In this document: in pieces, positions 44,339 to 50,472 of the stretch | Layout: each line of letters begins with the position of its first letter | Numbering within the stretch: the stretch's first letter is position 1 | Virus record (IMG/VR): IMGVR_UViG_3300025018_000196 | Location: 1 to 50,472 of that record | Source of the DNA: a virus | Lineage: Duplodnaviria > Caudoviricetes | DNA: 50,472 nucleotides | Reading direction: 5' to 3' (one strand) | Made by a program: the position numbers and the translations under genes | Notes under the pieces: model-generated | What the model was told of the DNA's origin: nothing | Seen by the model: only the letters and a program-made list of their open reading frames with translations | Databases searched by the model: none

Positions 44339-46024
44339 GTGAAGACTGAACTTCAGAAAGGAACCTTTGTGGACAGGGGGCCGTGTACTAAGTGCACTAG
44401 CTCTGACGCAATGGCAGTGTATCGGCAGGACGACGGGTCCTACGATGCTACGTGTTTCTCGTGCGGGCACTATGAATCTGATTACGATTGGGACAAGCCA
44501 AGAACAGCTAACCAAGCTGAGGCAGGTGAGGCTAACGTACGCAGTATGTTTACAGTCTCCACATGCTCTATGTGTCCGCACTCCGCCTTCTCGGATCGAG
44601 GCATTCGCTTCGAGACAAATGAGTTCTACGGTGTACGCTCCGCCCTCAATCAGAATGACGGCAGTACCGTAGCAGCTCACCTCTATCCCTACTTCAAGGG
44701 AAATATTTTAACTGGCTATAAGAAACGTGATGCTACTGTTAAACGATTCACATCCATAGGAGATTGTAAGGACGTAGATTTATTTGGCATGCATTTGTTC
44801 TCAGAAGGGGGGCGTAGGCTATACATCACTGAGGGTGAACTTGATGCTCTTTCCTTGTTTCAAGTACTGAAGGATCAAGCAGGCCCTGAATACAAACACA
44901 TGAATCCTTGTGTTGTATCCCTCCCCCATGGTGCGCGCAACTGTGTTGCCGCATTGTCCCACAATAAGGACTTCATCTCTAAATTTGAGATGATAGTTCT
45001 TGTCTTCGACAATGATCAGCCAGGTCAAGAAGCATTAGAGCTGGCTTGTTCCATCCTCGATCCAACCAAAACATACGTTGCTAAGTTCAGCGAGAAAGAT
45101 GCCAACGCCATGCTCATGGCAGGCAAGGAAAAAGAACTCAAGTGGAGCTGCATTAATGCACAAATTTATACACCCTCTGGAATATGTACTGTTGACGATA
45201 TCTACGACGATGCAATGTCTAGCCCTAGTGTCGGCAAACCTTGGCCTTGGCCCTCTCTCACCCGTCTCACTTACGGTCGTCAGCCTGGCGTCTACGGCTA
45301 CGGTGCTGGGGTTGGTGTTGGGAAAACAGAAGTCTTCCACGAAATAATAGAGCACATAGTATATGACGAACAAAGTCCTGTCGGAATCTTTCTTTTTGAA
45401 GAAGCTAAAGAAAGAACTCTCCGAATCCTTGGAGGAAAGCGGATTAATAAGCCTGTTCATAGACCCGATTGTGACTTCGATGAACAGGAACTACGAGCTG
45501 CTCTCGATGAGCTTCGACTTCCAAACAAGGTCTACCTCTTTGACAATAAGAGAGGTGACCGAGACTGGAAAACAATTTACAATCAGTGTCGACATCTGAT
45601 TGTAGTCCACAATGTCAAGGACATCTTCATCGATCCCCTCACAGCAGTGATTGCTCAAGAAGAGAACACTGACCGCACTCTGCATGCCATCATGGATGAC
45701 ATGTCCCGCCTCACGCACGAACCATACAATGCATCTATTCATTATTCTTCTCACCTTAACGAGCCTAGCCGTGACCGTACTTCACATGAGGAAGGTGGAC
45801 GCGTTACTGAATCTCAATTCGCTGGCTCTCGTGCAATGGTTCGCTTCTCGGACTACATCTTCGGGCTCGAAAGAAACAAACAACATCCAGACGAAGTCTC
45901 ACGTAACACAGTAACCTTCCGTATTCTTAAGGATCGTATGTATGGTAGTGCAACAGGTGAAACTTTTGACCTGTTCTACAATCATACTACAGGTAGGATG
46001 ACGGAATTACAATCAGAATTCTAA
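44339..46024 (+). CDS. T7 gp4-like DNA primase-helicase
   Basis: CTKC..SD..CFSC zinc finger, ITEGELDALS and FDNDQPG TOPRIM, GAGVGVGKT Walker A, FIDPL, GLERN; AGGAGG RBS. Confidence 0.95.
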   Translation: MKTELQKGTFVDRGPCTKCTSSDAMAVYRQDDGSYDATCFSCGHYESDYDWDKPRTANQAEAGEANVRSMFTVSTCSMCPHSAFSDRGIRFETNEFYGVRSALNQNDGSTVAAHLYPYFKGNILTGYKKRDATVKRFTSIGDCKDVDLFGMHLFSEGGRRLYITEGELDALSLFQVLKDQAGPEYKHMNPCVVSLPHGARNCVAALSHNKDFISKFEMIVLVFDNDQPGQEALELACSILDPTKTYVAKFSEKDANAMLMAGKEKELKWSCINAQIYTPSGICTVDDIYDDAMSSPSVGKPWPWPSLTRLTYGRQPGVYGYGAGVGVGKTEVFHEIIEHIVYDEQSPVGIFLFEEAKERTLRILGGKRINKPVHRPDCDFDEQELRAALDELRLPNKVYLFDNKRGDRDWKTIYNQCRHLIVVHNVKDIFIDPLTAVIAQEENTDRTLHAIMDDMSRLTHEPYNASIHYSSHLNEPSRDRTSHEEGGRVTESQFAGSRAMVRFSDYIFGLERNKQHPDEVSRNTVTFRILKDRMYGSATGETFDLFYNHTTGRMTELQSEF

Positions 46025-46221
46025 TGAGAAAAGAAGAAAAGATTTACAATGAGGGATGGGATTCAGTAGGAGAATGCCTAGAGCGTGCTCCCTACGATGA
46101 TCACACCCCTGAGTATGAATACTTTGCCGAAGGCTTTGCTTACAGAGTAAGAGGCAGACTCCATAGGTACCACGGACAAGGGGATTTCTTTAGTGGAAAT
46201 GATATTCGATATCGAGACTAG
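46024..46221 (+). CDS. hypothetical protein
   Basis: 65 aa, TAATG coupling. Confidence 0.55.
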   Translation: MRKEEKIYNEGWDSVGECLERAPYDDHTPEYEYFAEGFAYRVRGRLHRYHGQGDFFSGNDIRYRD

Positions 46222-48019
46222 TCTTATCAAGGATTGGTTAGACCCCAAGCCTGATGAGTTCTTCTGCGCTGCTGCTTTAGTAGACGGTAAGCTCATGACA
46301 TTCACAGAGCTAGATAAATTTCTGGAGGTGTATGATAAGGCTGACACTATCATCGGGCACAATATCATTGCCTTCGATATCCCCGCTCTAGAGCACCTAG
46401 GAGCCTCTAAGAGAGCACCTAGTACCCTAGTACTGGATACCCTCGTAATGTCCCGCCTAGACTATCCTGACAGGCGTAGAGTGGATGGTTCAACTAAGAC
46501 CCCCCATTCTTTAGAGGCATGGGGAGAAAGGTTCGGCTTTCCTAAGGGTGACTTCCATGATTTCTCAGCTTACTCTGATGAGATGTTGGAGTATTGTGTC
46601 AGAGATGTGGAACTCACAAAGAAAGTATACGAAACTCTAGCCCCTGACATTATGAAACAATCCTTCATAGCTTCTCAGCTTGAACATAGGGTTGCAAACA
46701 TGATGGCTAAGCAGGCTAGGGCAGGGGTCTACTTCAACAGAGCCTTAGCTGATAAGGTTATCGATAAATTAGAACGACGTGTTGAAGACATAGATACACA
46801 ACTTAACGCAGAAGCTAAGACAAAGACAATCAACACAGGATCCTACCTGTCTCCCTTCAAGATTGATGGAACTCTGTCTATGCGTGTACTCAAATGGTGT
46901 GGAGTACATCGTATTGACCCTTCAACTATATGTGGCCCCTATGAATCTGTTGATTTCGTAGGTGTAGATTGGGGATCACCTGTTAAAGTTAAGACATTCT
47001 TACTGGAGCGTGGATGGAAACCCCAAGTATTTACAGACAAAGGCAGTCCCAAGCTGGAAAATCTGGAGGACTTAGGTACTCTAGGATCCTTGCTTACGGA
47101 GCGCAGCCTCCTATCGCACAGACTAGGATCAATCAAGGGACTAGTATCTCAAGTTCGAGAGGACAACACGATCTCAGCAGGAGCCAATCCTTGCGGGACA
47201 CCGACGGGAAGAATGAGACACAGCAGAGTAGTCAACATCCCCAAGGCCAGCAAGTACCCCAAAGACCACGAGAAAGCGGGGTCTCTGGTATGGATGGACG
47301 ACCCAGGGTTTCAGAAGCCCCTGTTTGGAACGGAGATGAGAGCCCTCTTCACAGCTAGACCAGGACGTATCTTGTTTGGCTATGATGCATCGGCCCTTGA
47401 GCTTAGAATCTTAGCGCACTATATCAATGATCCGGAGTACACACGAGTAATATGCCATGAAGATCCACATGTCTTCGCTCAGCGAGCGGCTGACCTACCT
47501 ACAAGAAATGACGGAAAGACTCTCAACTACGCTCTCATCTATGGAGCTTCAGATAAAAGACTCGGCTCACTTAAGGGCGGAGGAGCGAGAGATGGCGCTG
47601 CAATACGTAAGCGATTGTACGAGGCGATCCCAGGACTTGAAAGACTTGACTCGAGCGTTAAGACCGCTGCTAAAAAGGGCTATCTAAAGGGGCTAGACGG
47701 ACGTAAGTTGTATGTACGTGCTGATAAGAGCCCTCTTAACACCCTCATACAAGGCGGTGGTGCTGTGTCCATGAAGGCTATTGCTGTTGTGCTACAAGAT
47801 GAAGTGGAAAAGACTTTAAGTAATCAACTCTTTGAGTTACCGGCAATCAAAGTATTGGATTCACACGATGAAGGGCAATGGGATATCATAATCGAAATGG
47901 TTGATGCTATGACTAGGCACGTTCACTACTCCTTCGCTAAGGTAACTGAGATGTTCAATCTTAATTGCCCCTTAGTAGGTGAATGTAAAACAGGAATGAA
48001 CTGGGCAGAGACACATTGA
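46193..48019 (+). CDS. family A DNA polymerase with 3'-5' exonuclease (Tyr at the 762-equivalent position)
   Basis: FDIET, GHNIIAFD, YCVRDV exonuclease motifs; TGRM, DASALELR, KTLNYALIYG, HDE polymerase motifs. Confidence 0.95.
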   Translation: MEMIFDIETSLIKDWLDPKPDEFFCAAALVDGKLMTFTELDKFLEVYDKADTIIGHNIIAFDIPALEHLGASKRAPSTLVLDTLVMSRLDYPDRRRVDGSTKTPHSLEAWGERFGFPKGDFHDFSAYSDEMLEYCVRDVELTKKVYETLAPDIMKQSFIASQLEHRVANMMAKQARAGVYFNRALADKVIDKLERRVEDIDTQLNAEAKTKTINTGSYLSPFKIDGTLSMRVLKWCGVHRIDPSTICGPYESVDFVGVDWGSPVKVKTFLLERGWKPQVFTDKGSPKLENLEDLGTLGSLLTERSLLSHRLGSIKGLVSQVREDNTISAGANPCGTPTGRMRHSRVVNIPKASKYPKDHEKAGSLVWMDDPGFQKPLFGTEMRALFTARPGRILFGYDASALELRILAHYINDPEYTRVICHEDPHVFAQRAADLPTRNDGKTLNYALIYGASDKRLGSLKGGGARDGAAIRKRLYEAIPGLERLDSSVKTAAKKGYLKGLDGRKLYVRADKSPLNTLIQGGGAVSMKAIAVVLQDEVEKTLSNQLFELPAIKVLDSHDEGQWDIIIEMVDAMTRHVHYSFAKVTEMFNLNCPLVGECKTGMNWAETH

Positions 48020-48162
48020 TGCTCAAGAAAGTAAAGAATAAACCAATTAAGTTTCGTCGTAACTTAGAAGAATTTGGAACTAAAGTACATAAGGTACGTC
48101 CAAAGTACGATAGGAAGAAAGATAAGATTAACCTGATTAAGGAATTAGAAGATGACATTTAA
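48019..48162 (+). CDS. 47-aa very basic protein not in ORF track
   Basis: TGATG coupling; MLKKVKNKPIKFRRNLEEFGTKVHKVRPKYDRKK... Confidence 0.6.
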   Translation: MLKKVKNKPIKFRRNLEEFGTKVHKVRPKYDRKKDKINLIKELEDDI

Positions 48163-48733
48163 CCCAAGCGCACCTGATACAGGGCCACAACGAGAACTCA
48201 TTCCGGAAGGCCTGCACGTAGCTTACTGCTCTCGCATCATTGAACTGGGTGAACAACCTGGATACCAGGGCAAGCCGGCTCGACCCAAGGCTGTCATTGC
48301 TTTCAATCTCCCCGGCTTTACTGTGGAGATGAATGGTGAGACGAAGCATCGAATGATCTCCAATCCATTCGGTATCACCATGAGTAACTTTGAGCGTGCT
48401 GATATGACTCAGTATACCAAAGCGCTCAACCCCAATGCCACCAACCTCGGTGAGTTCCTCGGTAAGCCCTGCATGGTTAACATCGTGCACTACAAGAAGA
48501 GTAACGATACGACGGGGGATAAGATTGATAAGGTCCTGCGTCTCATGGCAGGTACCCCTGCCCCCGAGCCGGACATTGACCTGTGGTGGTTTAAGTTTGA
48601 TGATCCCGATATGAATCTCTGGGAAAAAATCCCTGAGTTCCAACGTAAGATTATCATGGAAGCAGAGAACTACAAAGGCTCGTTGCTTCAACGATTGATA
48701 GAAGGTACGGACGATAGCGACAGTCCTTATTGA
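48152..48733 (+). CDS. putative single-stranded DNA-binding protein
   Basis: IPEGLHVAYCSRIIELG, LGKPCMVNIVH beta-rich pattern, acidic tail DDSDSPY, replication context. Confidence 0.55.
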   Translation: MTFNPSAPDTGPQRELIPEGLHVAYCSRIIELGEQPGYQGKPARPKAVIAFNLPGFTVEMNGETKHRMISNPFGITMSNFERADMTQYTKALNPNATNLGEFLGKPCMVNIVHYKKSNDTTGDKIDKVLRLMAGTPAPEPDIDLWWFKFDDPDMNLWEKIPEFQRKIIMEAENYKGSLLQRLIEGTDDSDSPY

Positions 48734-48817
48734 TGACCCAGTATACCTTCTTTCAAAACGCTGAAAGGTACGTTATACTTTTCTTTATGTCCCCACTTAT
48801 CTTAGGATTCTCTCTGT

Positions 48818-49564
48818 ATGCACGCGTTAGTAGACTTAGACATCGTTTGCTACGAGGTAGCGAACTCAAAAGATGACCAAGGTGACCCATTAGATTGGGG
48901 CCTGGTCAAATGGAGAGTAGATGACAGGATACATCGCATCCTTGAAGAGGCTAAAGCCTCGACTTGGCAGGGATATCTTACAGGTAGTGGAAATTTTCGG
49001 GACAAGGTAGCCACGATAAAGCCATACAAAGGGCCACGTCGGCTAAAGGAAAAACCTTTTTGGTATGAGCAGATTCGAGAGTACCTTGTCTCTCATAGAT
49101 TAGCCCTCATGATCGAGGGGATGGAGGCAGACGATGCGATTGCGACCGAACATACTAGATGGCATACCTCTGGGTCAACTGTCATATGCTCCCGAGACAA
49201 AGATTTCAATCAGGTCCCGGGATACTTTTACAGCTGGCCCGGTTGGAAGGATGATGCTGGAACACTTAAGGAAATTACCCCCCTTGATGGTATTCAGTTC
49301 CATTATGTTCAACTACTTACAGGCGATAGTGCTGATAACATACCTGGTCTCTATGGGGTTGGGCCATCTAGTTCTCTGGTAAAACAAATCCATGAGATGA
49401 ACGATGAACTTGAGATGCTCAGGTTAGTAGTTGATCAATATGAAAAACGGTTCGGTTCTTATTGGTATCAATTCCTAGTAGAGAACGGAACCTTACTGTG
49501 GTTACTTAGGTCAGAGGATGACAACTATGAGCGACGATTGTCACAAATTTTGCACTCACTATGA
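48818..49564 (+). CDS. 5'-3' exonuclease (T7 gp6-like)
   Basis: ALVDLD, NFR, YKG.R, EADDAI, DKDF.QVPG, GDSADNIPGLYGVGP. Confidence 0.92.
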   Translation: MHALVDLDIVCYEVANSKDDQGDPLDWGLVKWRVDDRIHRILEEAKASTWQGYLTGSGNFRDKVATIKPYKGPRRLKEKPFWYEQIREYLVSHRLALMIEGMEADDAIATEHTRWHTSGSTVICSRDKDFNQVPGYFYSWPGWKDDAGTLKEITPLDGIQFHYVQLLTGDSADNIPGLYGVGPSSSLVKQIHEMNDELEMLRLVVDQYEKRFGSYWYQFLVENGTLLWLLRSEDDNYERRLSQILHSL

Positions 49565-49626
49565 TGAGTGTCACATGTACAACGGTGGCGTATGCATAGG
49601 AGATCTTCTCAAGGAGGGGAACAGTT

Positions 49627-50058
49627 GTGCGAGGCAACGCTACAAGAAAGACGAAGAGAGCGAAGTACAGGAGCGATCTAGAGCGGAAGATCGCGAAGAG
49701 TTTACACCAACGTGGTGTTAACCATGAATACGAAACTGAACGTATACCTTACACAGTACCAGCTGTTGTAAAGCATTATACTCCTGACTTCATAATCACC
49801 ACTAAAAGTCGAAAGAAAATATATGTTGAAGCAAAAGGTATCTGGGACGCTGCGGATCGGAAAAAGCACTTGCTCCTGCAAGCTCAGCGACCCGAGCTTG
49901 ACATACGATTCGTCTTCTCAAACAGTAACAATAGAATCTCCAAACTATCCCGGGTCACGTATGGTGATATTTGCATGGGACGTGGTAGGGGACAATACTC
50001 TGGAGTTTGTTGGAAATATTCTGACAAACGAATACCGAAAGAATGGTTAGAGGAATAG
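49627..50058 (+). CDS. T7 gp3-like endonuclease I, complete allele B
   Basis: YRSDLE, YETERIPY, YTPDF, VEAKG, IRFVF, IPKEWL; AAGGAGG RBS. Confidence 0.92.
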   Translation: MRGNATRKTKRAKYRSDLERKIAKSLHQRGVNHEYETERIPYTVPAVVKHYTPDFIITTKSRKKIYVEAKGIWDAADRKKHLLLQAQRPELDIRFVFSNSNNRISKLSRVTYGDICMGRGRGQYSGVCWKYSDKRIPKEWLEE

Positions 50059-50060
50059 AT

Positions 50061-50273
50061 ATGAACATTGAAACTAAACTGGTTGAACAAACGATTGCAC
50101 TGCTCGAACAATTTGTGTTTGAAAGTAACAGTGAACAACTCGAGGCAGAAGCTGCCGAAGTAATCACCCAACTGTACGATACGATGGAGGCAGACGATGG
50201 CTCGGAAAAGAATAGCAAACCTGAGATGGAAGCTAACACCGCTGAGGTACCTCCCATTCCTGAAAGTGCCTGA
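50061..50273 (+). CDS. small acidic hypothetical protein (allele B)
   Basis: homologue of 383-595. Confidence 0.7.
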   Translation: MNIETKLVEQTIALLEQFVFESNSEQLEAEAAEVITQLYDTMEADDGSEKNSKPEMEANTAEVPPIPESA

Positions 50274-50334
50274 GCTTCAGCACTGGAGTGACACTCAAAA
50301 CAAATGGCTAACTGTGCCAGTTGAAGAAGGTTAA
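50197..50334 (+). CDS. 45-aa hypothetical protein (allele B of 519-662)
   Basis: MARKRIANLRWKLTPLRYLPFLKVPELQHWSDTQNKW...; GGAGG RBS. Confidence 0.7.
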   Translation: MARKRIANLRWKLTPLRYLPFLKVPELQHWSDTQNKWLTVPVEEG

Positions 50335-50472
50335 GAAGATGTACGAACCACGCAATGCGTATGATGCAGAAGTAATACAGGACCTAGCTGAGAAACTCTT
50401 CTTTCTAATGAAGACATCAGATCCGCTGACTACCAATGTGTGGTTTGTATCTGAACTCAAGTTGATGGATGT

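Noticed and set aside
49518-49721. Cys-rich 67-aa ORF between exonuclease and endonuclease
   Set aside because: It overlaps both neighbours substantially and has no independent support; left uncalled

Overview
This window is an essentially complete (~49.7 kb, circularly permuted) genome of a lytic T7-supergroup podovirus with no RNA polymerase gene of its own. Its two-armed layout resembles SIO1/VpV262/cobavirus-type phages (Zobellviridae-like). The minus arm (29090->2211) carries PAS and holin-like genes, two tailspikes, TerS/TerL, portal, scaffold, capsid, tail adaptor, a split nozzle, ejection proteins (one with an ADP-ribosyltransferase-like domain), a collagen-like protein and a beta-helix fibre. 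The plus arm (29650->50345, continuing at 671->2147) carries orphan early genes, tRNAs, primase-helicase, DNA polymerase A, an SSB-like protein, exonuclease, endonuclease I, an endolysin-like protein and an amber-interrupted Dcm-like gene. The arms converge on a bidirectional terminator (2160-2201) and diverge at ~29100-29600, the probable physical termini. The contig ends are two diverged alleles of one locus, closed by an exact 127-nt overlap. The best candidate for an undescribed system is ~2.5 kb of densely base-paired non-coding sequence in the early region, built from scrambled tRNA parts. It includes a circularly permuted T-arm/closed-acceptor/D-arm unit, acceptor-less and anticodon-less tRNA fragments, CCA-ended hairpins and a ~770-nt RNA, and two of these blocks bracket a 991-aa triple zinc-ribbon orphan gene. 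Other oddities are a fibre domain apparently split between two genes, three NtrC-type boxes and a homopolymer-frameshifted PAS gene. All protein calls come from motif recognition by eye; no database search or folding program was run.
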